A stretch of 63,599 nt of DNA, counting the filler, from Octopus bimaculoides (Eukaryota), in the NCBI RefSeq assembly GCF_001194135.2. It is 6 parts of 6 records of this genome, joined end to end, with 100 filler letters (N's around TTAATTAATTAA, not from the genome) between each part and the next. Parts side by side here need not be neighbours in the genome. Positions count along the whole stretch, not along the records: positions 1 to 30,572 come from NC_068988.1; 5 more parts are not named here. One strand, given 5' to 3'. The notes below the pieces were generated by a model. That model did not search any database, was not told the DNA's origin, and saw only the letters and a list, made by a program, of their open reading frames with translations. Shown one piece after another: positions 12,705 through 27,324 of this stretch; the stretch's first letter is position 1, and each line of letters starts with the position of its first letter. A program made the position numbers and the translations under genes.

Positions 12705-15700
12705 NNNNNNNNNNNNNNNNNNNNNNNNNNNNNNNNNNNNNNNNNNNNNNNNNNNNNNNNNNNNNNNNNNNNNNNNNNNNNNNNNNNNNNNNNNNNNNNN
12801 NNNNNNNNNNNNNNNNNNNNNNNNNNNNNNNNNNNNNNNNNNNNNNNNNNNNNNNNNNNNNNNNNNNNNNNNNNNNNNNNNNNNNNNNNNNNNNNNNNNN
12901 NNNNNNNNNNNNNNNNNNNNNNNNNNNNNNNNNNNNNNNNNNNNNNNNNNNNNNNNNNNNNNNNNNNNNNNNNNNNNNNNNNNNNNNNNNNNNNNNNNNN
13001 NNNNNNNNNNNNNNNNNNNNNNNNNNNNNNNNNNNNNNNNNNNNNNNNNNNNNNNNNNNNNNNNNNNNNNNNNNNNNNNNNNNNNNNNNNNNNNNNNNNN
13101 NNNNNNNNNNNNNNNNNNNNNNNNNNNNNNNNNNNNNNNNNNNNNNNNNNNNNNNNNNNNNNNNNNNNNNNNNNNNNNNNNNTGTGTGTGTGTGGAAATG
13201 TGTGCATTAATGGTTAACGCCTCGCTCTCGTTATCGTGAGATTACGTTTTCAGTTCTTGGAATGGGCGTTGCATTGTGTTCAACAAACATACACACACCC
13301 ACACACACTCGCACATAGACACACACATCCTCACACACACATAAACACACACATACACACAAACACACACACACACACGCACACCTTTCGTATATATATA
13401 TATTATATCATATCTTCATTCTGTGTGGACTAAGATCCCCGTTGACAGGTCGCTGGTATTTACAGAGTGCTAAACACTTTCGGTGAGCAAACTAGCAACT
13501 CCTTTATAGAGTAACTACTGAATTTTTTGAGTATATAAACAGTGTAGCTGTTTGCTTCTGTAGAGACTGTCAGAATGATGTAGACGACTCTGATAAGGTT
13601 CGAAAATCGCTTAGGGTTGTTCAGCGTTTCTCCAGTGTGCGAAGAAATGGCTAAAATGTACCCTGTTTATAATTATACCATATGTTATATATANNNNNNN
13701 NNNNNNNNNNNNNNNNNNNNNNNNNNNNNNNNNNNNNNNNNNNNNNNNNNNNNNNNNNNNNNNNNNNNNNNNNNNNNNNNNNNNNNNNNNNNNNNNNNNN
13801 NNNNNNNNNNNNNNNNNNNNNNNNNNNNNNNNNNNNNNNNNNNNNNNNNNNNNNNNNNNNNNNNNNNNNNNNNNNNNNNNNNNNNNNNNNNNNNNNNNNN
13901 NNNNNNNNNNNNNNNNNNNNNNNNNNNNNNNNNNNNNNNNNNNNNNNNNNNNNNNNNNNNNNNNNNNNNNNNNNNNNNNNNNNNNNNNNNNNNNNNNNNN
14001 NNNNNNNNNNNNNNNNNNNNNNNNNNNNNNNNNNNNNNNNNNNNNNNNNNNNNNNNNNNNNNNNNNNNNNNNNNNNNNNNNNNNNNNNNNNNNNNNNNNN
14101 NNNNNNNNNNNNNNNNNNNNNNNNNNNNNNNNNNNNNNNNNNNNNNNNNNNNNNNNNNNNNNNNNNNNNNNNNNNNNNNNNNNNNNNNNNNNNNNNNNNN
14201 NNNNNNNNNNNNNNNNNNNNNNNNNNNNNNNNNNNNNNNNNNNNNNNNNNNNNNNNNNNNNNNNNNNNNNNNNNNNNNNNNNNNNNNNNNNNNNNNNNNN
14301 NNNNNNNNNNNNNNNNNNNNNNNNNNNNNNNNNNNNNNNNNNNNNNNNNNNNNNNNNNNNNNNNNNNNNNNTATATATATATATATATATGCGCACGCGT
14401 ATATACAAATGAGGCTTTGGTGTAGTTTCCACCAACTAAATAACTGCCGTAGTAAAACACATTCTAATTGCCTCTCAAATGTATTGAACACGGCAACAAC
14501 GTAGTTGTGCAATGCTCACTTTAACCACAGAACCACGCCGGCGCCCATATAGGCGCAGAATCAATATTTATTGTCGCAACGTAATTTCTTTTTTCCCCTT
14601 GCTTTTGTTCAGGAAGTTAAAAGTGAGACATCTATATACTTGAAATTGTTTCTTTATGAAGCAAATCTTCTTAAGTTAATATGCTTTCGTTGGTTTCCGA
14701 AGTTTCCTGAATTTATGTGGATTTCAATCAAACATTCATGTATATTCCTCTCAGCTTATCACACACGGGTTAGAATATATTACAATTCTCTATTTATGTT
14801 TCACACTTTTGCAATTATTTGTTTTCTTCTTTCTGTCTCTTTTATCCCTTTTGTTTCCATTTTGACTCTTGGTAATTACTCGTCCTCAACATATTTTCTT
14901 TTCTTTTTACACACAACTGTGTAATAATATGTACCTTAAGAATTTATATAATCATTTCTCTATTATTCATTTTTATGCTCTGCTGCTATCGTTCCTAAGT
15001 TCTTTTCTGTTTTACTCTCCCTTGCCACATTTACTCCCTCTCCCGGTCTTTGACTTCCTCTTTCTCGTTTATTTCTTTGCAATGATTAGCCTTTAATGAT
15101 TTCTCACCGTCATGTCATTCCCTAGCAACCGAACAAGAAGCAATAAAAAAACGGTAAGAAAGTAACTGCAGCAACAGCATTTCGCTGATAATTCAAGTCA
15201 CGTGTGTCGCAAACTGGAAAGGCATCTGTTAGATATAACATCTAAAACAATTTCATATCATTCTCTATGCGTTTTACATTGGACAACGATGTCCTGGTTT
15301 AACTGTACTTATGAATTAGCCGAGATGGTTACGACTGGAATGGTTACAATCATTGGTCAGCTCCATCGCGATTACCATGGGCTAAATAAAAGCAATAAGT
15401 ACAACAATGATAACTAGAAGTACTGATATCTAGAAAGTAGTTACTGTCCAGGGTAAGAAACTGAGAATTATTCGAACCAATGCCAACATGTAGCAGCATC
15501 TTTATACCGTCAACATTCATTATTTCAAATAATTGTTCGATTGAGACCTATTCATTTTTGTTATCACAACATAAAGAAGAGTAACAGTAGGAGATACAAC
15601 AACAAAGGCAATGACAATGTCATCATCATCATCATCATCATCATCATCTACATATATAAAGCAGCAACAACTATGATAGCGCAAATCAAAATAACAACGT

Positions 15701-15983
15701 CATCAACAGTATCAGCAGCAACGGTAAATGTCCTATGGAAAAGAAACCATGTAATAAACCAATCAAATATATCGGTTCGCAACAATGATTATTTTAACGT
15801 CCTCTTATCTATGTGTACTTCATGCAGCAGGGGTCTCTAGGTATTTTTCTGCCAGTAAATATTAAGTTAATACTTCACTCAATGTTTTTTCACTAAAATC
15901 CTATATACATCAACGATATTCTAAGATATTAATTACTGTAACGTTTATTTAAAGAATTTCTGTCGGAAGCTAATAATCTAGAT

Positions 15984-16166
15984 CAGTGCTCCGCATCCAG
16001 TATGCTGCTGCTCACTGGTGTGCCACAAAACGATGCTAGGTGTGCCTCATTGTAACCTGAATATAATTTTTTCCCGATGCTTTTAGTAATGTTTTTAGTT
16101 CAGACGTGCCACTGAATTTTGAACAAAATATGTGTACAACAAGTGAGAAAAGGTTGCGGAACACTG
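15984..16166. mobile_element. hAT (Charlie-like) MITE, 183 bp
   Basis: Imperfect TIRs cagtgctccgcatcc / ggttgcggaacactg; left flank atctagat fits the NTCTAGAN target preference; right 8-mer atgaaaat only partly matches. Confidence 0.6.
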
Positions 16167-18099
16167 ATGAAAATAATGAAGTTTAAATAATTAAAATTTC
16201 ATAGTTGTCTCCCCTGTTTTGTGGAGCCGTATTAATATTTCAGATAGTTTTCTCTCCTCGCTGTTAGCGAAGTATGTTTAATATTTTTCGTTTCCCAAAC
16301 GTCAAGTATATTAGCCCTGAGTTTACTATTGGTTTTAGATGCTGTAGACATCCAGATGTATCCCGCTCTCAGCAAATAACTCTTAGAAACCAGAAAAACC
16401 TATTTTCCCATGTTGTTATTGCTACAAGCAAGGTTACTTCAGAAAAATAACATCTTCCCGTTTCCACATCTATATCAGAGGATAATCGTAATACTCGTAA
16501 TAAAACTAGCTTCAGTCTCCCTTCTAGTTAACTGGCGGCTCACGATCAATGATTTGACCTGTCATTCGCTACAAGAAGTAAGAAATTTCCAACAAATCAA
16601 ACTTTACCGCCACAAAATATTTCAAGCGGTTACTAGTTATTGATCGGTATTTGCCGAAAACATTTACTTGCATATACAATTTCATACAAAAATACATACA
16701 TACCTGACGTATGATCGGTTACGGGCGTTCAAGAAATAGCATAAGATTATGTTAGAATGAATGTAATTGAAATCATTTTCCTAGAATTTGTATATAATTA
16801 TTAAGGTCTAAATTTTATTGGTGCATACAGGCGGCAGCTTTTCAAAAACAAGGTAAATGCTTCTGTTTCCTTGGATTATTTTTTCATTAGTTAGACTTTT
16901 GCCAGCAACATGAAATTAACTCTGATTTATATCTAGATATTCGCTCATCAAGGAACCGAATTACCTTTATTTCAGATAAGTAAACCTGACGAATTTTACT
17001 CAACAACTTCATTCAATTTCAAGCTGAACATTATCCATTTTATATCAAAGCTTAAGTTTATGCATTTATGTTTCACATATATTTGGTCAAAATTATATTT
17101 GGTCTGATTTCCTATCAAGTGTATCAAAAGTATATTTGTGTTGGTTATATCATGGATTGAAAGAGTGCATACATTTTTTAATGATCTTTTTATTGATAAT
17201 TCTGCGAGATTTACAAAGGATCTAGCTCAACAACTTGCGGCTTGTTATCGTCTTAATGTAGTTAATTGTTATAATATTCTTAGAATTCATTGCATGGGCT
17301 TCTTACAATATATATTTCAATATATATTTCATGCATAACTCAGGATTAAGATTTGTTAAAATCCTACTACTTATATAAAAGCTACAGTATATAACATTTA
17401 GACATTGATTTTATCATAGTGACATCTCTCATAAATTAGCCATGCGCTGCTTATTAGCTTAACGTGTCCAATCAATTAAATTTCGTGGGTTACATTTAAA
17501 TGCTTGCCTTTTAATAGACGGAGAGCTATAGTAGAATATACAACAAACACAAATACTTTAAACATATAGTACAATATATCATTTTTTGTTTATACATGTG
17601 AATATAAATCATCAGTACTAAATTTACATTCCACTAAGGTTTAACTCTACCAATTAGCTATATCTGTAAAATATCATCATTATTATTACCTATCACTTTT
17701 GGGTGACCTTAAAAAATACACTTTGATTGAATTGCAAAATCCCCTGTCTATCGAGTATAATAATATTAATGATCGATTCGTCTGCTTTATCATAGGAATT
17801 TACTTTATAGCATTATTTACAAACTCAAAGAGATAATTTGTAACGTATGTAGTTGTGTAAGGAGCCAAAAGAAGAATCTTTGTTTCAGGACGGTAAGATC
17901 TTAATGATTTGGAATGCGCTTGCTAGCACAAGTGCAGTCAGTCGAAAACTCCGCTCTTAGATGCCTGTAGGTTTCACGGTTCATTAGGAGAGAATGCGCA
18001 ACGTTTTTGGTCCTTCCTCTCGGCGGTTTTACAGCACACCGCGTCTGTTTCGATTAACTAATATCCTATCTCGAGTCCATTTTCATAATTTTTTTTAGC

Positions 18100-19150
18100 C
18101 ATATCCAGTGTTGCCTGGATCTCTTTCCAAATGACGTTTGCTTACCGATGTTAGACACCAGTTTCTAGCAGCCACCTGGTACGAATAAAACCTCTACATC
18201 CAGCTTCTACAAGGAAGTGCACTGCACTCCAACCAACATCTGTACAGTATTCCAGTAGCGTTTCATAACGCTTGATTTTCTTAGAGTGGGCTGCATCTAA
18301 ATTGTCTTCGTGTGGAACAGTTAATTCAAACAAATTGGAATACCTTACGTTTCCCACACCATATTGTTATCTCCGGCTTTTTCCTTGTTGGTAACAGAAA
18401 GAGGCGTTTACACCCAAGAAGATCTGCTGTCACTTCCCATACTTCGTTCTAGTTCTCGTCATTTATACGATAAACCGTTTACTGCCATCCTTTTGTAGTT
18501 TCTTGTCACCACTTATTGCTTCCATCTTGTTCCTGGAAAATTTCGAAGGCCTAATTGTGCTTCAATATATAATTTTTCAACGCCATTGGGCAGTTAGATA
18601 GGATATGCGTTCGCGCACCAACTTCTTCACGTCTACATTTGTCGTCATTCACTGTTTTCTATCCCATCAAATTGCAAGAAGATGGCAGTATATCATAGGT
18701 GCGTTGAAGAAGAAAACTCAACCGGGATGTACTTCACCTCCAGATCTCATCACAGCCCAACTTTATTTCAATGACCTCGTTGAATACATTAAATCAGATG
18801 CAAATCCCTTTTATCTATTCTTAGATGCAATTCCGTTTTATCTGTTTTTCAGATGCAATTCCCTTTTATCTGTTCTTCAGATGCAATTCCCTTCTATCTG
18901 TTTTTTTTTAGCAGTAACACAGTCATTAATGGCGGCTCTGCCCTTCCTCTGTGTCATTGCAGAAAATTGCTTAAATTGATTGCAATCAAACCCTTTCCAG
19001 TCACTTTGTATTGCTCCCACTATATCTCAGTGTTCCAAAGATGCTGTGGGAATGGACTCTCCTGCTAATGTTATTTCACTCTAAATGTGCAGTATATACC
19101 TTTCTTTTGAATCTTTAGGCACTAATGGAATTCATATTCCACACACCTTA

Positions 19151-19190
<40 letters not shown>

Positions 19191-19795
19191 TTATGCATGT
19201 ACATATATATTTGCAGACATGTACACAAACACTAATTTAATAAGTGAATATTATTATGTTGTCAGTTTCTTTCTCTGAATACCATTTACCAGTAGCTTTA
19301 GCATCTGCCGGATTGTCCCGCATTTCTATATCTTGACCATTCGCATCTTTCCAGTTTCGTAGATATCAACAACTGATGTTACAGGTAATTCAAGAGACCA
19401 TGTTTCCCGATATAGCACTGAACTGTTAATTGCTCAAGGTAGACCAAGATATCTCCTTATGTAAACACTGCACATCTGGTCAATGGTCTCCACTCTCGAC
19501 AGTACAACCTTTTATATGAGAATGAGTCAAGCAATACAAGAATATAGACCAAACTGCAAGCTCAATAGTTTTAGCCTGTCTTTCAACTCAATATCGATTT
19601 GTGCCATGATCTCGACGCCCCTATTCTTAGACAATCAGCTACCATACCATATTCTCAAGGTTATTATATTTTTAATTTCAGCTGTTGGAATGGATTCTCC
19701 TGATAATGTTATTTCAGTCGAAATTTGCAGTGCATACCTTTCTTTTGAATCTTTCGACACTTATGGAATTCATTTTCATCAAACCTTAATTCATT
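18100..19795 (-). mobile_element. Decayed HERO-like non-LTR retrotransposon (RT C-terminus, zinc knuckle, restriction-like endonuclease)
   Basis: Minus translation: LSGESIPTAEIK...VYIRRYLGLP*AINSSVLY...LELPVTSV; RLSFLLQRTYDILPS...THILSNCPMAL; WEVTADLLG...KPEITIWC...LFELTVPHEDNLDAAHSKKIKRYETL...GWSAVHFLVEAGCRGF. Multiple stops and frameshifts. Confidence 0.8.
18795..18908. repeat. 28-bp minisatellite, 4 copies (cagatgcaattcccttttatctgttctt)
   Basis: Four diverged tandem units inside the HERO-like fragment. Confidence 0.9.
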
Positions 19796-22700
19796 GATAT
19801 ANNNNNNNNNNNNNNNNNNNNNNNNNNNNNNNNNNNNNNNNNNNNNNNNNNNNNNNNNNNNNNNNNNNNNNNNNNNNNNNNNNNNNNNNNNNNNNNNNNN
19901 NNNNNNNNNNNNNNNNNNNNNNNNNNNNNNNNNNNNNATATATATATATATATATATACATATGCATATAAATACATATATATTTGCATACAGACATATG
20001 CACGAACACAGATTTAATAAGCGAGTATCATTAACTGATAATTCAACTCAGCATTCACATTTTCCTAATCTTGTATATAAAACAGAGATGTTAAATTATA
20101 ATGTGAATATGTATTATACAGCTATGAATAAACAATATATACACACATAAATATCTGTGTATGTGGTGTATGTATGTGTGTCTATACTATCATGTGTACA
20201 TGTCTTTGGGATCACCTCTAATTATATTTAGATAAGCATGTATTCCTCTTCAGTTTGTTACACATACCACCACAAATATTGACTTAGTTCCTTACTATAC
20301 ATCAGAAATGGTTTTCAAAATTATTTTATCGATACTTTACTTTTCCTGAGAGATCTAATTTCTTTTTTACACTCGGCAACTATTAACGTTTCTAAGGGAA
20401 TCACGTTTGACTGAGGTTGACGAAAACTTCGTAATCGTATCACGTATTGCTTAAACATGCCTGAGGGTGATAACTGCTATCTGCATTCTCTTACATAATT
20501 CTTTGTTATGTAACACGAACAGCTGTTGGAAGCATCACTTTTATCCAAGTTAAAGCAAGTATAAAAACTCTTTACGAGGAGATTGCTTTTAAAGATTCAC
20601 AATTTAGATCGCCATTTGAAGAAAACAAAGCGTTCTAAAGAAAAAAATAAAATGATAATAGTGTGATTAGATAGAAGGAAAGTCGTTTAAAACAAAGAGG
20701 GTGACTAACCACGTATGAAGGGTATTTTCAATAACTAAATGGTGAAATTGTATAAAGTAATTAGCAAGAGGTATACAGTCTGTATATGAAGTTACAGTGA
20801 GTTAGGAGAATATCAAAGATAACTTGTTTATGTGTGTTAAAGATAACTTACATATAATATTATTCTACGCGTTGTTGCACCGCTCTTTGTCTTGCCATTG
20901 TGTTACTCTTACGCCAAGAGCGGTAATAATTCGAATAAAGAAATATATACAGAGAGAGAGGGAGAATGGGAAACTAAGAGAGAGGAAAAAATAGACCCAA
21001 AGAGAGATATATAGAGAGAGGGAGAGAGAGAGAAATAGAGAGAGAGAAAGAGAGAGAGAGAAAGAGAGAGAGAAAGATAGAGAGAGAGAGAAGGGTAGAG
21101 AGAGGGACAGAGGGGGTAGAGAGATGTAATAACAATAGATATGCAAGTAGATATGTAGCTGAACGGAAATGAAATGAAAAGAAATGAAAATAAACTCAAT
21201 TGGTATATAACTTTGAGATTCGACGGTGGTCGGACAGCGAAAAATGTAGTTATATCTATCTATCCATCAATTTATCTATCTATCTGTCTGCCTGTCTGTC
21301 TGTACGTCTGTCTGTCTATGCATATATATNNNNNNNNNNNNNNNNNNNNNNNNNNNNNNNNNNNNNNNNNNNNNNNNNNNNNNNNNNNNNNNNNNNNNNN
21401 NNNNNNNNNNNNNNNNNNNNNNNNNNNNNNNNNNNNNNNNTATATATATGTAAATTTTATATATTTTAATTCTCCTTTTATTTTCTTAAACTATAATGCA
21501 CATCATATCTGTCCAACGTATCAAAAGAAAGAAAATGAGCAATACCCTCTGAGTTCATTTCGATTATATTTAGAAATACAGTTTTGATTAAATTGCAGGA
21601 TTTCAAAAGCTCTTTTGGAAATTCATTGCATGCGTTTAATATAATAACATGATATTTCCAAATATGCTGACTTACATACCGGAAATTCCACAGGTCCCGG
21701 TAGTTTATATGATTATATGAAGTGGGGTGATAATCTTCTTGCCTCTTTGTTCGAAGACCGCCAATGCTACATATCGGTGCAGATTTATGCTAAACAGTAC
21801 AAAAATATGTTGGGTAAAATAACTAATAGCAATGTAAAGTCTTACAGTGCTTAAAAACAGAGATAACGAACTATAGTTACTTGGGTGTTGGGCTAACATT
21901 CATAACGTCATAAGACCTATTCCGGGAGTGGGTGGCGTGTTGTACCTTTCAGTAAAGCACTTCATTTCGCATTGCTTTAGTTCTCTCACCATACGAGTAC
22001 TGCCGGAGGCAACAGCAGCTGCAGCAGCTGCAGGTTAACCTTGATGCAGACTGGCGTGCCACACAAGAGTCCTCTATACTCAGTCGCTTATATGTCTGAG
22101 ATGCTGGGGTATGCACCTAGTCAGTCAACATGTATGCTTATATAGGCATGCATATATAATGCACACACACACACACACACACACGCACACACACGCACAC
22201 GCACACGCACGCACACACATACACATACACACACACTCATACACACACGCACATACGCACATATTTATATAAAGGGAAAGATACGGCGAAACAGAAAGAA
22301 TGGCGGCATTTATAAAAAATGACAAACTATATTATTTGTAATTGGAATGTTAGGCTTAAATAGAATTCACATACAAGTTAAGTAGGAAAACTACATCACT
22401 AGTCATTTAGTCAACTGTTTTATTTACGTCAGACAACCAACCCAAATAACTTTCAATGAGAACATACCTTTCTAATTAAATATTCATGAGATGCTGGTCG
22501 ATATTTGCATATAAAGTTTATATATGTTCAGTAACACTGTTTCTATAAAGCAGAATGGTAAGTCTTACTACTTCGTATTTTGAAAAGTCTGCAATGCCAC
22601 AAGCTGGCTTTTGAAATATTGGGCTAAAGGAACTTGAAACATTGTAAAGTTTTCTGTTGCTAGAAACAAAACATAATGAATTTTACACTCAGTATTGTTA

Positions 22701-25700
22701 CAATACATCAACAAATTCCCCCACATCCCGCGCGCACGCACACACATCTACTTTGAATGAAACAAGATATCTGCCTTGGAAAGATTTGAACTCAGCGTAG
22801 TACAGTTATGTTATTAAGTGCTAAGATCTTTTCTACTATGGTAAAGAACAATTCCTCAAATTGGAAAAACTCTGCAAATCGCTAAAATGAGAAATTCTAT
22901 TGAACTCATTATATATACACCTACACATATATAATGATCAAGAAGGTATGACACTCCAATTCGAAACTGCTGCTAGAAAAATGGAAAATCAAGAACGCAA
23001 ATGAAAATCCTTTTATTGACGGCGTCGTACTATCAATTAGAAATCCTTTCCGACATTTGGTTGTCGTTGACTCAGTTACTAACACGTTAATTAAAAGCAG
23101 ACGCATCAACAATATCACGTGAAGGTGGCACATTAGTAAAACGAGAAATGGAAAGCAATTATCAGGAAATAGTTATTAATGCTTTCCTTTGTAACCGTAG
23201 ACAGTAATTTATAAAATATAATAAACGTAAGATTCTAAATTGTGTACTTAATTGAGTTTATCTTTAATGTTATAGAATAAGTTGGATCTTAAAAAGACAT
23301 ATTTATTTTATTATTACGAATACACACACAGAAACACATTATATGTGTGTGTGTGTGTGTGTGTCTGTGTGTGTGTGTGTGAGTGTGTGTGTGTGTGTGG
23401 GTGGGTGTGTGTGCGTGCGTGTGTGATATTAGTTTTACATTTTTATTTTTGGTGTGCTGCGATTGCTTAAGTTTCTCGTGTGATATCATAGGTTAAAATA
23501 AAACAAAACTTATTGATTTCCCATCAAGCCTGAACTGATCCGGCAGTTGTCGTTTGATCTCATGCCAATCCTTGTGTGTTGATCTACGGCCATAGGCTTT
23601 GAACATCAAGTGTTTATCTTTTAATAGTGTTGATTCATGGAGGAAATATTGCGCCCATTGACATCGAGGTGCCTCGAAAGCCAGTGAGATAGATTCCGTT
23701 AATATTCGCTTTAAGCATTGCAAGTAGTCGACTTCGGGAACGATATTTGTAGGGAGGAAATTGCAGTGGGTAGGCATCGTCGAAATTATAGACAATTATA
23801 GTGGACAATGAAGTGGCAAGGGTTTACAAACAATATGGGTGATATGTGGACGAAAGAGAAGGACTATCCGATAAAACCAATAATTAGAAACATAATTGTA
23901 TTAATGATTTTCATCAATATTGATGTCCTGCTTAACCCGAAATCAGCGAGAACTATGATAAAATATTATAAGCCGATTGTTATCATATCAAATTGCTTTA
24001 CATGACTAATGTGTTTAGCATTACATTATTAAATAAGTTCAGTCCTTTCCATGATTAAAGTATATAATTTCTAGAAGATTCAATGGACATTCAAGTACTC
24101 CCTTATTCTACGTGACTTTAATTGATATTGATTTATTATACTTGAAATCAAATTGCTTGTTAATGACAGGAAATCTACTACCGATTGGCATGACCTGTGA
24201 ACTCTAGCCGTCAAAATTTTACAGAAAATTTAATTCGGATTACTGGCTCACAATGTTAAACGATGTCTTAGATTTTGCGTTTATAAGGAAAGACGATGTA
24301 AATGTCAATGAAAGTTTTCTAATTCCTGGCAACGGTTTTTATGGTTACATTTGTTTGTGTTCATAATGCATTTCGGCGATATAGCAACTTCGGTTGCAAT
24401 TTTTTTGTTTGTTTTTCTGACATGAAATATTTCTTAAGAAAATTATTATCTTCAGAAAATTATGGTTTTACAAATCTCCACTAAGAGTTGAAATTTGTCA
24501 ATTTTCACTAAAAATTGGTTGTCTAATATAAAAAACCGTTCACCTACAAGGCTAGTTGGATTTTTCTATATCTGGAAACAGCATCGTTGCGTTAACGCAA
24601 ATATTTAACTTCATTTATCTTCAGAAAACTTCGTTTGTTTATCGTTTAGAATTTAAAAAAAACTAATAGAGACAGTCAATGTACAACAGCGACCATTCTA
24701 TAGCAAGAATTCAGCCCACATCCCCGGTTTCAGGATACCTTTCCTCCTCCCACCACCGGTCTCCCTGGCCACACAAAGAGTCTTGGACTCTACCCTTCTT
24801 TTTGACAATAAGATTAAAGTGAATTCTCAAATATCATACATGAAGAGCTTTTAAAGTTATTAAATTTCAATATTTTCTAGGTTTTCGGTTGAATTTGGTA
24901 TTTCTGCATTTCTGTATTTTCTCCGCCAGCGGCATATGATTAAACTATCCAGGAAAGACTGTTGGCAAATATACAGACAATGGTGTGCTTATTGTGGTAT
25001 CTCTCAAATTGATTTTGTTTGGGTATCTGGTACTACAGTCTCTTGTTGACCAAACTTAGTTAGGGTAAACGGATGTTGTGTGGAGTTCCACATACGTGCA
25101 CACGTAAGGACACACACAAATACATATAAGACATAATTGCTTTACTCTACAATTCTGTGTAAATGTCGTTCCGAATTGTTCCCTTTTAAAGATTGCTAGA
25201 ATAAGCACTTAATTGAATTTGGTTAGTACAACCTACTAAATTACTTTGAAATTGATGTCCCAGCATGGGCACATTCCATACAATGACTGATAGTGTGAAA
25301 TTTATAATTAAAAAAAAACAACATAAACTGTAGTGTTTACTTTGCGTTTGTGTTATTATGTAGTATTTCATTTATGAAAGAGAATTGTGTAACATAGGTT
25401 TGAGCAATATATTACTGAGTTAAGTTTAGATAAGTGTTCTCATTGTTGCCCACGACAGAGTGAAGTTGAAAGCCTGATAAAATGCTAAACCGAAATACAT
25501 CAACTGCAGATAAAATATGCAAACAGCTTACAAAATATAGCCATCTATTACAGTGATACTTAAAAAGGAAAATGAAGTTAATATGTATGTCTTGATAAAA
25601 AATCGAAACAGTGAATTCTAATGAAATTCTCAATGTATAAAAAAGCAATTTATACATTTCTCGCAAAAATTAATATGAAGTATTAAGTAGATCATAAATC

Positions 25701-26997
25701 AAGATCTCGTCTGTAACTACAAGCATAGAACAATTTGAAGACAATGATCTCCAGTGTAATCTGTTGCGTTCTTCGAATTGAATAATATATCATGATGGCA
25801 GTACGCCGCATGATATGTGATATCATTGGTGTTTTGTATGCTTTCAAAATAGGATACCATAAACGTCATATTGTGTCTACAGTTGAATGTGAGATTTATT
25901 ACGTGCTTCCGATATATTATTTCTCAGAGGAACACAAAATGCAGCTTTTCAAAATTATAAAGAGTATGTTTCTAGAACAGTTATCATATGTGTTTTCAAC
26001 ACAAAGATAGCAAATAAGGGCACGTAATATATGCATTTGGAGAACGCGAAGAAAGTATTGCTACCAACCGATTGATTGATTGATTGACAAAACTTGTCAT
26101 CAAAGGATTTCTACATTAAGCGCTGAATTAGTTAAATGGTGATTAAATATAAAAATATAAAGGAAGTAATATACAGCTAATAAGCGTATATTTCTTTCAT
26201 AACATTATACTTCAGAAGTACTATATATATGTATATACGTATATATATATTAATATATATNNNNNNNNNNNNNNNNNNNNNNNNNNNNNNNNNNNNNNNN
26301 NNNNNNNNNNNNNNNNNNNNNNNNNNNNNNNNNNNNNNNNNNNNNNNNNNNNNNNNNNNNNNNNNNNNNNNNNNNNNNNNNNNNNNNNNNNNNNNNNNNN
26401 NNNNNNNNNNNNNNNNNNNNNNNNNNNNNNNNNNNNNNNNNNNNNNNNNNNNNNNNNNNNNNNNNNNNNNNNNNNNNNNNNNNNNNNNNNNNNNNNNNNN
26501 NNATATATATATATATATATATATACATGCATACATATACATGCATACATACATACATGTACACATGTACCCATGGATATATATAATATTTGGGACGAAT
26601 GAGTGAGCATACGTCAGTTAGTGTGCTGATGTGTTAAGTAAAGCACTCGCACTGTTTGGGCTACCTGATGTCATCCGGAGTTGAGGTAGATTTCCTTTGG
26701 AGTTAGTTCCCTAAATGCAGCGGGAAAATGATAACATGACTGCCCTGCATGAGTCGGGCAAATAACCATACGACTGCCAAAAATAAAGTCGGCAAATAAC
26801 GTGACAGCCCAAAATCAAGATCTTTACCGAGACATTACTCTACGAATAAATCTACCTTATGTGACCTAGACTGCAAGACTGATGCTATATTGTATGATGT
26901 ACAACCTCACACCTACAAAGGACAGTTGCAGGATGGGTCCAAACAGTCTTCGTACAAATAAAGAGTTATACCAATTCCATCTGTTTACTTAATCGAT

Positions 26998-27054
<57 letters not shown>

Positions 27055-27093
27055 ACACACATATACACACACACACATACATATTTATATGTG

Positions 27094-27131
<38 letters not shown>

Positions 27132-27324
27132 CGTGTATACATATATGCAATAATGATAATAATAATAATAATAATAATTTCTTAAGTAACCATTCGGGTA
27201 CTTAAGAAATTATTCCTATTATCTCAACTAACTCTTCAGAGGACCTAAATAAATCCAACGTTAATATACCTCGACCCAAACCTTGTGAGTGGATTTGGTA
27301 GACAGAAAGAAACCCCTCGTATAT

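Noticed and set aside
23493-23795. 100-aa minus ORF, and a TLDVQSLWP RT-like word in another frame
   Set aside because: No recognisable domain; flanking RT motifs are absent.
23927-23953. VLADFGLSR kinase-like motif on the minus strand
   Set aside because: No HRD upstream or APE downstream, a stop follows shortly, and there is no suitable donor; likely chance.
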